Shown one piece after another: positions 1 to 13,993 of a stretch of 64,000 nt of DNA. The translations under genes were made by a program, and so were the position numbers. The stretch spans positions 172,236,001 to 172,300,000 of the forward strand of contig OZ024741.1 of NCBI GenBank assembly GCA_964016885.1, read 5' to 3'. The notes under the pieces were generated by a model. It made no database searches. It was not told the DNA's origin and was given only the letters and a program-made list of their open reading frames with translations. This stretch comes from Eledone cirrhosa. Its lineage: Eukaryota. Every line of letters starts with the position of its first letter. The first letter of the stretch is position 1.

Positions 1-122
1 ATGTATACATAGTGTATGTATATATACATATACACTGCATTACGACATTGTGACGCTATGTGTGTATGTGTGTGTATATATATATATAGTGTATATATAT
101 ATAGTGTATATATATATATATA

Positions 123-201
<79 letters not shown>

Positions 202-329
202 GTAACGTTATATATATATATATATATTGTGTAACGTTTTTCGAAATATTTATATATTGGTGTACATATCGCATACACAATAACAAAATATATACAAATG
301 TATTTATTTCGAGATAAAGTATTGATTTT

Positions 330-509
330 CTTCGCACGGAAAAAAACCCTGGTAATCTACGACAAAATGTAGCACAAAATGTAGACACAAAATGTAGACA
401 CCATACCGAGGCCGTGGTATTCCGTACTTCTCTGTACTCTTTCAGAAAGGAGGGATAAACATGCCAATCTATCTTTAGAATCCCGAGCAACGCCGGTCCA
501 TTCTGCTAG
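330..509 (+). mobile_element. 3' end of a non-autonomous Helitron-like element
   Basis: Ends CCCGAGCAACGCCGG...CTGCTAG|T: a subterminal hairpin then CTAG then T, the same end as the element at 4109-4927. The 5' boundary is uncertain. Confidence 0.55.
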
Positions 510-756
510 TATTTTCTAAAATATACAGTGACTGATCGGCTGATTTGCATATTAGCAGACTGGCTGATCTGTCAGATCTGCACATTAGCAGATCCACATG
601 TCTATTGACTTGGCTTTAAAAATGAGGCTCGTTTGCATAATTGCAAACGAATCGAATATTATTATTAATATTCGAAAAATTCAGATTACATTTATTGTAT
701 TACATGTAGAGCGAAGCAATTATATATATAGTAATAATATATATATATATATATAA

Positions 757-942
757 TTGTTTCTACTTACTATTGGCACAAGGCCAGCAATGACACAGTA
801 CATTACTGGTACTTTATTTTATCGACCCCGTAAGAATGAAAGGCAAAGTTAACATCGGCGGGACTTGAACTCAGAATGACAAGGGCCGTAACTCTATGCG
901 TCAAAACCTGGTGTCCGACCCTCTACCGATACTGCCAATTCA
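757..942 (-). mobile_element. tRNA-derived SINE (Meta-domain-like core)
   Basis: Reverse complement has a B box GAGTTCAAGTC, core GCCTTTCATTCTTACGGGGTCGATAAAATAAAGTACC and tail GGCCTTGTGCC...AGAAACAATT; about 10 copies in the window. Confidence 0.85.
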
Positions 943-1495
943 CCATGGCAAAGCCGGCCATTCATCGCTGGTATACAGGAAACTGACTGGCCAGTCTGCT
1001 GATATGCAAATCTGGCTGATCAGTATCTCACTCAATGAATCTGGCGAAGAATTGCAGTTATACACCTGCAATCAACTGTTCAGAGTGCAAACATTTAGTT
1101 TACTGTAGATAGTTGGCTGTTTTCAGATAAAGGTGGATGTAAATATTTCCCTCCTGGATGATTGTTTCTTTGTGATATAACTTTACAAATGCAGATTTTA
1201 CTTCTGTAATGTTCAGAAAATCACGCAAAATCAGCAGATATTTACCTAATCGGGCTATTACACGTCTTCAGCAGGATGACCCAATATTATGCGATAGTTC
1301 CGTGCAGTGTCAGCCAGCTTTCACTACTGGATAAGATATCTAGCAGTTCATGCTAGTACCCCATTCTGCCTCTAATGAAAAGAGGAAGAATTTCTTGCAG
1401 ATAACACTTGATTTTGGTAGTTGAATTCAAACAAAGGAATTCGCGCCAAACTGAAGAACTCAACGGGCTTCATTCATATGTGCATACATAGATAA

Positions 1496-1662
1496 CTGTT
1501 TCTACTTTAGGCACAAGGCCAGCAATTATCCAGTGCATTACTGGTACTTTATTTTATCGACCCCGTAAGGATGAAAGGCAAAGTCAACCTCGGCGGGATT
1601 TGAACTCAGATTGTAAAGGGACGTAACTATGCTGGAAAGCATGGTGTCTGACCCTCTACCGA
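1496..1662 (-). mobile_element. SINE copy
   Basis: Same consensus as 49683-49865 on the reverse strand. Confidence 0.85.
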
Positions 1663-1778
1663 ACGAGGTTTATAGATATATACACATATACTAGCAAATA
1701 AAGTCTGATTTATTGTACAAAGTCAAATATTCAATACTCAAAATTTAATTTTAGGAAACATAAACAAGAAATATTATG

Positions 1779-1958
1779 TTGGCAGTATCGGTAGAGGATC
1801 GGACGTCATGCGTTGACGCATAGAGTTACGGCCCTTGCCATTCTGAGTTCAAATCCCGTTGAGGTCAACTTTGTCTTTCATCCTTACGGGGGTCGATAAA
1901 ATAAAGTACCAGTAATTCACTGGGTAATTGCTGGCCTTGTGCCAAAAGTAGAAACAAT
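1779..1958 (+). mobile_element. SINE copy
   Basis: TGGCAGTATCGG (A-box-like), GAGTTCAAATC (B box), Meta-like core and AGAAACAAT tail. Confidence 0.85.
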
Positions 1959-1962
1959 GATG

Positions 1963-2002
<40 letters not shown>

Positions 2003-2009
2003 AAAAATG

Positions 2010-2142
2010 TTCACCCCGACGGCAGAGCTCAAGCCGTTTCGACGGCTATTTCTGGACGCGGGGTTAAACTTCTCCTACTACCCTAAGTATTGAGTACTCT
2101 GGTGGGTTATGGTCCATCTGGTTCCTTACTACACCTACTTCG

Positions 2143-2146
<4 letters not shown>
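2010..2146. repeat. Rearranged PLE pLTR-like repeat with a partial hammerhead (family D)
   Basis: Shares CTACTACCCTAAGTATTGAGTAC...CTTCGTT|(AT)n with 11727-11853 and 25026-25229. The minus strand has GAAAC-GGC-loop-GCC-GTC and a stem I pair, but the CTGANGA box is missing. Confidence 0.6.
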
Positions 2147-2206
<60 letters not shown>

Positions 2207-2235
2207 CATGCTGGTGCCTCAAATGTACGCTTAAT

Positions 2236-2267
<32 letters not shown>

Positions 2268-2339
2268 TAAACACGCACACACACAAACACGCCCACGCAT
2301 ACATATATTTATATATATATATATAATTCTCAATCGACA

Positions 2340-3760
2340 TCAAATCCCTCCGCACTCTCTGGCCGTGGGTATAAGAATGGGCTCCTACTAGGCCAACTTA
2401 ATCGTCAGCTAAGTTAAGGCCCAAATCTATGCCCAATACACGGGTCCCAAGCCGAAATATACGGTCGGTACATCGACGTCTGTATCGGCACCACATCACT
2501 CACCTGAGAACAGTTCGACTCCTTCTTCTGTTCCTTCCATCAGCCATGATTTCACCACCACCACCATCTCCTCTACTTCATCGACTTCATAAACATTTCT
2601 TGTTCTATCGACTACTCCCATCATTCTCTCACCTCTACCTTTTTCAAACTCTCTGACTCCCACACCTACCTCGATTTCAGATCCTTGCATTCCACCCACA
2701 CCAAATACTCCATCCCCTACCGAACCCATGCCTTTGAAGCCCAAGCCCAATATATGGCTAGACTGTTCACTCAGCGAGGGTACGTACCCTCCAATCCTGG
2801 TCCATGCCGCCTTCACCCGAGCCCACGTAGTCTATCGCACACCGTCCTCACACCACCCACTGTCCCCCAACAAACGGCTACCCTTCTTTCTTATCTACCA
2901 CCCCTCCACTTTTCCTCTACAGAGTACGATCCTCCGTCTCTTCCGCACCCTCCAGTCGGACTCCTCCACCACCCACTACTCTCCTCCTTCAAGCACATAT
3001 GCAGTTCCCGTAATCTCCTCGTGCGCATTTCGCCTGCCCCTCTCATTCATCTCCCGGGTCCCACCCTTGCTGCTGACCAAGCTGCCATATTTTTCTTTTC
3101 CTCATCGAGACTACTACTCTCACTGGATCCACCAGTCGCACGTGCACGTTAGGGACTCCTTCCACGAGTCTCGTTTAGAGGATTCTGTGCACACTGTGTG
3201 AGGCCGTTTATATTGGTCAAAATGGCCGTCGTTTGGCGGAAAATTTTACCGAGCACCTCTGTGACATTCGACTGAATAGCTTGTCTCCCATTGTCCGACG
3301 TTTCTGCTCCACTCAGCACTCCAGGAACCACCTCACAATTTTCGGCCTTCTTTCCTGTGATTTTCGGCCTTCATGCCTGACTTCAGTTTTCTCTCCAATC
3401 CTTTAACTCACACCGGTCTATGCACACCACCACGTTTCCAATAACCAGCATCTTCCCCACACGCATCATATGGACCCCACCAACACACATCCACTAACTA
3501 CAGGTCTACACCTACATGCAGGCCCACTCCTTCACGCCTTACTACTCCTTCTCCCTCTTCATTTTATTTTATTTTTAATTGTATTTAAAAAATGGTTTTA
3601 GTTTTTATTTTCCTTGTCTTTTTCCTTTTGTATTTTGCCTTTTCTTCACTCTGACAGGTGTTTTCTTGATGAAGGGCAGATACCTGATACTTTGACTGTG
3701 TAACTTTTCTTGTTAAGCGAATTTATGCTAAGGAAGCCTCTTCTTTGTTCGTTTCTTGTT
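2340..3760 (+). mobile_element. Degenerate Penelope-like element (RT 3' part, GIY-YIG, 3' UTR)
   Basis: Frameshifted motifs RYID, HSTHTKYSIPY, F..RGY, LPFFLIYHP, RNLLVR, YIGQ.GRRL; decayed HHR-like TTGATGAAGGGCAGATACCTGATAC at about 3666. Confidence 0.75.
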
Positions 3761-3767
3761 TCCTTGA

Positions 3768-3827
3768 TCTCTCTCTCTCTCTCTCTTTCTCTCTCTCCCT
3801 CTCTCTCCCTCTCTATCTATCTATCTG

Positions 3828-3882
<55 letters not shown>

Positions 3883-3905
3883 CTATATCTATCTATCTAT
3901 CTCTA

Positions 3906-3988
<83 letters not shown>
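3768..3988. repeat. (CT)n/(ATCT)n microsatellite
   Basis: Directly visible. Confidence 0.95.
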
Positions 3989-4108
3989 TAAGAATAATGA
4001 AATAAAGAAAGATATCTATCTATCACACACAAGCGCACACATGTATGAATATATACATATATTCTTTTTGTAGTTCTGTTGCTCTGGAAAAAGAATGGAA
4101 AAGGGAAA

Positions 4109-4927
4109 TCTATATATATAAAACTGTGGTTGTCTGTCTGTCTATCGATTTTTGGCACACATCTCCTCTTAGAATCTCTCACGGAATTGCACCGAAATTG
4201 CTATACTTGTACATTGAGCCCTAGCGAAGACATCGGAAAAAAAATATTTCAAATTGACCCACCCTATGTGACGAAATCGAATATAATGTATCGATTTTTG
4301 AGCGTAAGTTATCAGTTAGTTCCCTTTGTTCTGTTTACATTGAGCGTCTTACGTAAAAAATTACGCTGGCTTTCTCAGCGTTTAAAATGACATTAACACA
4401 ATACACGAACAGACAGTTGTCGAGCCAGCAAAATATTGACCTGCAAAATTCATCAGTTCGAATACAAAGCTTCCGTTTTGCTTCATTTCCATTTAAAAGC
4501 ATTTTAAAACAATATTTTTACTTGAAAACAAGTCTATTTAAAGACTACGTAAAACAAGCAAATATTTCAGGCGTGCAGACAGACAGTCGTGCAGAGAGGT
4601 GATATAGGCGTGCAGACAGACATAACTGATAATTTGGTTACGCTAATGTTTTTCTCTGCGTTGCAGTGTTTACATTTTCGATCTTTGTTAATAAATAACC
4701 AGTGCAGTTTTTATCCCCAGCATCCTCTTTTGTTATAACATTCGGGTTATCGTTATGTTTTCTTAACTTCATAAGGCATATTGTTGGTTGAGGGAATATT
4801 AATCAAAAACACCACATGCAAGTCTGCACAGTAGACAATACAGTTTTTAAGCCAAAAAAGAAACTTAACATTGTAACTTTAACACAGCTACTGAGCGACC
4901 CCGAGCAACGCCGGGCTTTACTGCTAG
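4109..4927 (+). mobile_element. Non-autonomous Helitron
   Basis: A|TCTATATATATAAAAC 5' end followed by (GTCT)n; 3' hairpin CCCGAGCAACGCCGGG then CTAG|T; inserted between A and T with no TSD. Confidence 0.8.
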
Positions 4928-6069
4928 TATTTTATATAATTGCGGTATATATTTGGCATCACAAAAACGCATAATGATGTTTGTTAATTTCTCTTTGTAT
5001 AAATGTGTTTCTATATATATATATATATAATAAGGAGTTGACGGACCCAGCATATTTATCAATGCCAGGACCGATTCTATCTCAGCGTACTCAATCGGCA
5101 ATATAAGATACATTCCAGAATATACACGTAGTTACTCGCTTCAATACAACACACGTAAAACGGGTGCCTATAATAGTTCCCGGACTCGAGTTTCGGCCAC
5201 ACTTAATGCAGCAGTAAGGTGCACTGCACTCTCTGTCTGCATATATTATGCAACAATGCATAATCGGCTTATGCAGCTTCATCAGTGGGTATCGCCTAAT
5301 CAATAACCAATCGATCGACAGAATCCAAACTCCAGCCCATACTGGGCATGACTGATTGTGACAACCGACACGGTAAAGCAATTAGCAACTGGAATCCGAT
5401 ACAATTCTGTCCCTCGACTAGCCACTGATTTTCAAACTTTACGTGGTGGCGGGAGAATAGAAAACAAATCTTTTCGTTCCCGTCAAAACTTTTCTGCCAA
5501 CGTGTCTCATACACAAGTTACTAAGAGGTGAAAAGATGATTATTAGAAATAGCAGTCCCACATCGATGTATAATAGAATGGTAGCATTCGGCTCATGTCT
5601 CCAAGTCCCATGGCTAGAGGAAAGCGATAGTAACAATGGTAGTGCCAAGAACCTTTACCGGACTTTAAATGCCATTATCTATTATAGAGCGATATAGTAG
5701 CGAACTGAAATGTGGCAGCCGCATGCGTAAAACCAGTCTATTTCACAACTTAAAAGAGTGAGAGATAAGCATTAATAGCAGGAAATTAGAGCGCAAAACA
5801 AAAGCTATATATATATATATATATATATATAGTAAAAAATTGAACGGGAACAAAACAGAGAGGCAGTACGAACAAAGGTTTATTAGTTTCACGCTCTTAC
5901 GTATATATATATAAGTAAGTAAGTATGTTTTAAAACAGTGAGCAAGTTTGAAATTAGAAAATAGAATAGCTTTCACCCTATTTTTTACTAAAGAAATTCT
6001 AGCCTGATAATGGGGTTTAGAACCCTCAGATAAATGGAAAAAGATGAGTATCCACGTACATATGTATTG

Positions 6070-6086
6070 ACGTATATGTGTATATA

Positions 6087-6128
<42 letters not shown>

Positions 6129-6170
6129 TATGTGTATATACACACACACACACATATATATGTGTGTGTA

Positions 6171-6227
<57 letters not shown>

Positions 6228-6321
6228 GTATATACATATATATATATATATACATATTATATATGTATATATACATATATGTATATATATATATATATAT
6301 ACATTTATGTATATATATATA

Positions 6322-6378
<57 letters not shown>

Positions 6379-6385
6379 GCATATG

Positions 6386-6417
<32 letters not shown>

Positions 6418-6500
6418 AACATATATATATATACATATATATACAGAGAGAGAGAGACAGACAGAGAGAGGGAGAGGGGGAGAGTGAGAGAGAGTGAGAG
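6070..6500. repeat. Compound (TA)n/(TG)n/(GA)n microsatellite
   Basis: Directly visible. Confidence 0.95.
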
Positions 6501-6965
6501 GGGGGTTAGATACGTAGATAGAAGGGTATTAAAGAGCGTTGAGAGGGAAAGATCAGCAGAAAGAGAGGTGCCAGAGGGAGATAAAGGGGAAGAAGAGTGA
6601 TACAGGAGAAGAAAAGTATAAAATAGGAAAAGTGTATTAAATAAAAGAAGTGTTACCTGACTGCTATGCATGATAATTATTTTGTGTTCTCTTTGATATC
6701 GATCTTTTATATGTATCTATAATATGACTGAAATGTTGAAAACATCAAAAAGAAAAATATTTATCTATATAATTTCAGAAAAACCGTTTGAATCCATTCG
6801 TGGTGATTAAGAATCATTCGCGTATTTTTTAATTGTATTCTTTAATGTTTTTAGTTTTTTTTTTATACTTTAATTTGCAAAACAAAAAAAGCGTCCTTTG
6901 TACTAATGGAAGGAAACGAACAATGGGTTAGCATAACACAACATGAGGAGAAAACATACTATAGC

Positions 6966-7029
<64 letters not shown>

Positions 7030-7032
<3 letters not shown>

Positions 7033-7166
7033 TATTACATTGAGCTATTTATCTTACTGGTAATAAGGTAGTAATATATTACTGCCTATCACTATTTAGG
7101 GTTTGTAAAAATATATATAACTACAAAAGGTTTTTGTATATGCATAACCATAAATAGTATCCTTAA

Positions 7167-7170
<4 letters not shown>
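7030..7170 (+). repeat. Solo PLE 3'-terminal fragment
   Basis: Near-identical to 17170-17305, the end of the PLE tail after the HHR at 17056; both end at (TA)n. Confidence 0.7.
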
Positions 7171-7240
<70 letters not shown>

Positions 7241-7647
7241 TTATTTATTTAAAGGTTAAACAAGGTTCAATGAATAAATCAAAGAATAAAGTTTTACAAT
7301 AGATTAGAAGCACTCAACTAAGAAAAAAGGTTTTCCAGAGCTATTAATATAAATTCAAAATATTAACAAAAATAGACATTTGTGTGATCAAGTATATTTT
7401 ATTATACATATTTCAGAGGTACTGAGCTAGCTTATAAAAATATATAATAATAAACAACTACTAATATAATAGAAATTTACATAACTGTTAGAGATTCAAA
7501 TAATTTAAATTATTGAAGAAAGAAGTGAGAGACAGAAATGCTTAATATACTAAAGAAGATTAAATTCAAGAAAAACCCATATAAAGGTCACCAATACCTT
7601 AGAACTGTAAAGGAAAAAATCTTGGATATAAAAAAGTTAATAAAATA

Positions 7648-9657
7648 TTGGTGAAGTCAGACAAAACCAACAACTTATATGGGATAGGTAAAGCTGAATA
7701 TAATGATTTAATTTTAAAAGAACGGCGGAAAAATTATAGAAAAGCACCGGCCGAAGATCTTATAGACATCAATAATGACGCGTTTAAATTAATAGCCAAA
7801 CTTGGTATTGAAGGAAGAACCGAGCCTTTTATACCTAGACAGCCGAGGATAAATTTTAAGGATCACAAGAGAAACTTTGAGGAAGACCTGCCTGTTAGAC
7901 TGATAGCTCCATCTAAATCGGATATTGGAGTAATCAGTAAGAATATTATTGATAGAATTTTACCAACTCTGAAATTGAAGTCAAAATTGAGCTTATGGAA
8001 GGACACTAATGAAGTAATTGACTGGTTTAAAAATATAGAAAATAGGAAAAATCACAAATTCATCCTAATGGACATAGCAAGTTATTATTCTTCTAGTACA
8101 CCTAACCTATTAAATAAGTCTTTGTCTTATGCTTACAAACATATAGATCTAACTGCAGATGAACTCATATTAACTGCTAGAAGAACTCTAATTAATTTCA
8201 ACAATGAGTATTGGACTCGTTCAGATAGGAATAGAAACTTTGACATTACCATGGGATCATCGGACTCTGCGCAGGTTACCGATCTTCAGGATAGTTTTAT
8301 TTTAAATATGGTAAATAGAAAACTGCCGGGGATTACCTGTGGTTTATATAGGGACGATATTTTATTTACGGTTGTCAAGCATAGCAATACAGAACTAAAT
8401 AGGGTTAAGAAAACTATAATTGAATTTTTTAAAAATTACGACCTTAAATTAGAAGTTGAAAGTAGTACCAAAATAGTTAATTTCCTTGACGTTACCCTTA
8501 ACTTAAACTCAGGATTTTATTACCCTTTCCATAAGCCCAATGAAAACTTAAATTACGTTAGCTATTACTCTAATCACCCTAAATCCGTGAAAAATGCAAT
8601 AGTCAATAGTGTACAGAAATGTGCATAACTAGAATATCCGCTAATAAATCCATATTTGATGAAAAAGCAGGATATTATAATGACGCGCTACGTAAGGCAG
8701 GTTATTAAAATAATATTGAATATATAGATAATAATAATTTTAATTATAATCCTGGTAAAAATAAGACTAACATAAATAAACGAGAGTCTAAAAATTATAA
8801 TACAAACACCAATACCGTGAATAAATAGGGAAAAAATCAGAACTAAATCAGTTATATGGTTTGCTCCTCCCGCATCTGTAGCAATCAAAACACCACTCGC
8901 AAAACTATTCTTTAAAGCTTTAGATAAATGCTTCCCCATACAACATAAATACTGTTCCATATTTAACAGGCACACAATTAAGCTTTCTTATTCTACAACT
9001 ATGAATATGGCCCAGAACGTTGCAAAAATAAATAGTAGAATTCTAAATCATAACCAACAAACAATTAGGGATAATGAATATAATAACACTAGTAATATTA
9101 ATACTAGGAATAACAATAACATTAATCTATGCACTATCAATAGAACACTTCAAAGTACTAGCAATGTTAATGTCAAATGTCCAATTTATAGTAATAAAAA
9201 TAAATCGAAATGTAATTGTAGAAATAGATCAAATTGCCCTCTGCGAAATAATTGTCTGGATAGCAATCTGGTCTATAAATGCACCGTAAAAGCAAATAAC
9301 ATCACATACAACTATATTGGTGCAACTTCATCGACATTTAAATTAAGATTTTTGAATCACAAATGTTCTTTTTTGAATCCTAATAGGAAATCTTCGACTT
9401 CTTTATCACAACTTATATGGTCATTAAAAGACAAAAATTTAAAATACTCGATTTCTTGGTCAAAGATGTGTAATAGTCGAATCTACTTGAATCCTTCAAT
9501 ATCACCTAACTGCAATCTTTATACTATGGAGACCCTATTAATAATTACTAATTATGAAAATTTAATTAACAAAAAAAGTGAATTATTCTCAAATTGCCTA
9601 TATAAAGCTTCTTCTACATTCCTAGCAAAAAGTCAGGAAAAATCATTGAATAAATAA
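7648..9657 (+). pseudogene. PLE RT/GIY-YIG polyprotein, frameshifted
   Basis: ORF-track fragments 7648-8628 and 9001-9657, interrupted by frameshift and stop codons. Confidence 0.85.
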
Positions 9658-9737
9658 GTTTTAATTGTTGACGTTTCTTATCAACTGAGTGTGTAAAATG
9701 ATACTATAACAGATTATACAAATGGCCAAATGTATAT

Positions 9738-9768
<31 letters not shown>

Positions 9769-10213
9769 TATATATATTTTTGCATCATCTAATTATACGC
9801 TATTTATCCACGACAATACAAATCTCCCTCCCTATGCTTTATACTATAAAAATTATTCTTCCTTGTCTCTCTATCCTTAATCAATTTTCTTTTACTTTCG
9901 TGCATAAGATATTTCTATACTTCTAGTAACTATCTTTTTTCTCATCTGTTTCTCTCTCTCTGTCTCTCACTTCTTCTTTCTTCAATAATTTAAATTATTT
10001 GAATCTCTAACAGTTATGAAAATTTCTATTATATTAGTAGTTGTTTATTATTATGTATTTTTATAAGCTTTCTCACACGCACCCTCTGTATTATATGTAA
10101 TTTTTTCGTGTCTCAATCTTAAGATATATAAATATTGAGTTTTGTCATATCTTATTCACTGCCATGACTGAATTTTAAACATCTACTTAGTCAGAGTATG
10201 TCATGCATCATCT

Positions 10214-10280
10214 TATTTTATCTGATGAGGACGTACTGTTGAAGATAGCTCAGTACCTCTGAAATATGTATAATAAAATA
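10214..10280 (+). ncRNA. Type I hammerhead ribozyme in PLE pLTR
   Basis: Stem I TATTTTAT/ATAAAATA, CTGATGA, stem II GGACGTACTG..CAGTACCTCT, GAA, stem III ATA-TG-TAT; predicted cleavage triplet AUA. Confidence 0.8.
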
Positions 10281-10329
10281 TACTTGATCACACGAATGTC
10301 TATTTTTTTATATTTTGAATTAATATGTA

Positions 10330-10445
<116 letters not shown>

Positions 10446-10791
10446 TATATAAATACATTTAATACATTGAACATATTCTCATATCAACATATATATAAAA
10501 ACAAATAACGAAACGAAATTAAATTTCGTTTCGTTTGTAACTCACTTTTGTATGACTGACGCTTAAACAATTAAGTTAAAGATGTACATCCATATATGTA
10601 TACTGAAATACTAGTATGTATATGAATACACACACGTATACATATGTAGATGTACCAAGTTTTTTTCACTGGTCACTTTACTGTGAGTGGCCAGCTATTC
10701 TGTATGTAAACACACAGACAAACCGGTTTTTAGAGTCATACTGGTTTTTGAGGAAACACCTTTCCTCTATTCTCCAGAAAGCCAGACAAGG

Positions 10792-10836
10792 AATATTGAA
10801 CTAGTTTCGTTGTTGTTACAACTCATCAGCAATATT
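10792..10836 (-). ncRNA. Minimal type I hammerhead (family A)
   Basis: Reverse complement of 11355-11399. Confidence 0.85.
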
Positions 10837-11354
10837 TACCTATCTTCCGGCCTCTCTAGAGAATCGTAAAAGCACATATCGTTATATGCTTTTTCTATGA
10901 AAATTAGTAGTGGGCAGACTAATTTGCATAGAGTGTGAGTAAGTACCGGAGAATAGAGGAAAGGTGTTTCCTCAAAAACCAGTATGACTCTAAAAACCGG
11001 TTTGTCTGTGTGTTTACATACAGAATAGCTGGCCACTCACAGTAAAGTGACCAGTGAAAAAAACTTGGTACATCTACATATGTATACGTGTGTGTATTCA
11101 TATACATACTAGTATTTCAGTATACATATATGGATGTACATCTTTAACTTAATTGTTTAAGCGTCAGTCATACAAAAGTGAGTTACAAACGAAACGAAAT
11201 TTAATTTCGTTTCGTTATTTGTTTTTATCGTCTCCGTTGAACCGGTACTTACTCACACTCTATGCAAATTAGTCTGCCCACTACTAATTTTCATAGAAAA
11301 AGCATATAACGATATGTGCTTTTACGATTCTCTAGAGAGGTCGGAAGATAGGTA

Positions 11355-11399
11355 AATATTGCTGATGAGTTGTAACAACAACGAAACTAGTTCAATATT
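11355..11399 (+). ncRNA. Minimal type I hammerhead (family A)
   Basis: AATATTG-CTGATGA-GTTG taacaa CAAC-GAA-ACTAGT-T-CAATATT: 7-bp stem I, intact core, palindromic stem III, GUU site. Confidence 0.9.
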
Positions 11400-11627
11400 C
11401 CTTGTCTGGCTTTCTGGAGAATAGAGGAAAGGTGTTTCCTCAAAAACCAGTATGACTCTAAAAACCGGTTTGTCTCTGTGTTTACATACAGAATAGCTGG
11501 CCACTCACAGTAAAGTGACCAGAGAAAAAAACTTGGTACATCTACATATGTATACGTGTGTGTATTCATATACATACTAGTATTTCAGTATACATATATG
11601 GATGTACATCTTTAACTTAATTGTTTA

Positions 11628-11674
<47 letters not shown>

Positions 11675-11726
11675 CATATATAACATATTCTCATATCAAC
11701 ATACATATATATATATATATATATAT

Positions 11727-11853
11727 AACGAAGGAAATGTGGTAAGGAACCAGGTGGACCATAACGCACCAAAGTACTCAATACTTAGGGTAGTAGAGTG
11801 GGTAATAGGAACAAGTAAGACCCCGACGGCTGAGCTCAAGCCGTCGAAACGGG
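11727..11853 (-). repeat. PLE pLTR-like terminal repeat (family D)
   Basis: Near-identical to 25026-25145; abuts (TA)n. Confidence 0.7.
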
Positions 11854-12908
11854 GTATATATATATATCCTGTCCGCACATAATCCTAAGTTCTTTCTTCT
11901 ATTTTAAGCCGAGTATCTAGATAAGCATTTCTTAACTTAGGTTATTTTTTTTTTCTTTAGCACTCATTTATCTTTTTCTTTAGCACACATTTATCTCTCC
12001 AACTTGCATACCCCTTAATGTACCCGAACCCAACTAGGATGAAGGGGACCCAACTTTGATCTCGCTGGATTTGAGCTGGAATTTGAGGAATGGTACATTT
12101 TAGTGTGGTAAGATCACCCTGCATTCATAGAGATCAATTAACGTAGGAATACTGCTAACAACAGTGCTATATATATGGGTCCCAAAAAGGATTGCTCCCA
12201 TAACAGACTGTAGTGATTATTACTGTCTCGTGCTATGAGTGAACCCGACATTGATGCCATAACCGGCCTCAGTGTTGGTAAACAATTCATACCGGGGGTT
12301 ATTTGATATTGCGTTGATTGTCTCTGGCGAGTTTGGCCAAAATGGGTACAATCTAGAGTTGTCCCCCTTATCGGGGAATGATTTAATCTGTAACTTCGTA
12401 AATAGACGACCAGACTGACCTCCCTTATCCACCTTCCAAGGGAATGGCCAGCCTGCTAAGAGCGTTATGATGTCCACTCGAAATGTTTACAACGTCATCA
12501 TATTCTGAGTGTTGATATTTGAATGTGAGCAAAGTGAAGAACACAGAAGCACTGGAACGCTGTAAACACTGGAATTAAACGGTCAATTGATTTGATTTAA
12601 TTAATTAAATTAGAACATATTGGAGTATCATTGTACCAGGTTGGAATATAGTAAGCGATAGTGTGGATGCACCGAATGTACCTTACAGCTTGATATGTAT
12701 AATTACATCTATACTTGTATGACTCGGATAATTTAAGTCATTCGTTACACCACGTGGTATGCTGAGAAACTTAGGATTGCATGGACTCACAACCCCACAG
12801 CTATTATGCGGAGGTATTAATCCCAACATGAGACTGGAGTGGATGGTATTGTAATCGTAAGGGGTAACACGGACGAATGGAACACGTGGATACATGTATG
12901 TATGTATA

Positions 12909-13048
<140 letters not shown>

Positions 13049-13897
13049 TGTGTGCGTATGTATGTGGGTCTATGTAGACTTACACGCAAACACACACACA
13101 CACACATGCAGACGTTATATTCTACTGATATCCATGATGATTGCTTTCACCTGCTTCCACTACGCTTTGCTTTAGCGACCTATATGTTCTGTGAACCACA
13201 CAGATGAATTGCATTTGAACGCCACCTATAACACTTGTTGCCATACTGTGATGGATACATGGTTACATGGAATTCCACTATATGATAGCTGTATCTGGCT
13301 CCCGATATATCTGACTCTGCCTACATCATTCACTTTCGTTAATATTATTCTTAAACTGTCCCCTCTGAAATCCCTTACTGTCTACAACTACATTTGTTTG
13401 CATTTATTTACATTGCTTATATAATGTGTTATCTTTTATGCTTCATTTTTATTTTTATCTTTATTTTTTTCACCTTTTATTCTCATATTGTATTCTCATT
13501 TTTATTTTTATTATTTTTTATTATTTTTTATTATTTTTTTATATTTTCTTATATTATCATCACTTTATTGTTATCTTTATTTTATCCTTACTCCTAGACT
13601 CTACCCTTTAATCTTTATCTCTTATCTTTAACTTCCTTATCTTTTATTTTTCCTTATCTTTAATTATTGTAACTGATTTTGGTCTTATATGTATCGGCTT
13701 CTAGCGGTGACGCGTCGTCCATGCACCTCACTCGTCTTAGTCCTCTGTGCTACACATGGATCGTTCTTGTGATATAGGTCGGTAGGGTTTATACTATTGA
13801 TCTAATTCCTCTTTATAACGCGTCCTGCAATTATGCAAAGACGAAACACTGTCAGCAAATAAAGATTAATTGATGATGTAAGCGCTCTTTGTATTTG

Positions 13898-13989
<92 letters not shown>

Positions 13990-13993
<4 letters not shown>

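Larger units (their letters stand above)
7250..10325 (+). mobile_element. Penelope-like element (Nematis-like), 5'-truncated, with inverted pLTR fragment
   Basis: RT 7648-8628 (KDHK, PVRLI, DIASYY, FDITMGS, GLYRDD, FLDV); GIY-YIG 9001-9657 (CNCR..CPL..C, VYKC, YIGAT, FK.R..NH). The segment at about 7345-7545 is the reverse complement of parts of 9960-10325. HHR at 10214. Confidence 0.9.
10496..11629. mobile_element. HHR-bearing 468-bp monomer (family A): about 1.5 head-to-tail copies plus one inverted copy; retrozyme-like
   Basis: 10948-11629 repeats with a period of 468 (duplicated ORFs 10919-11107 and 11387-11575). 10496-10948 is the inverted copy. No coding potential; (TA)n on both sides. 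Confidence 0.8.

Noticed and set aside
5950-6040. Possible hammerhead near CTGATAATGGGGTTTAGAACCCTCAG
   Set aside because: No consistent core with stems I and III could be built on either strand.
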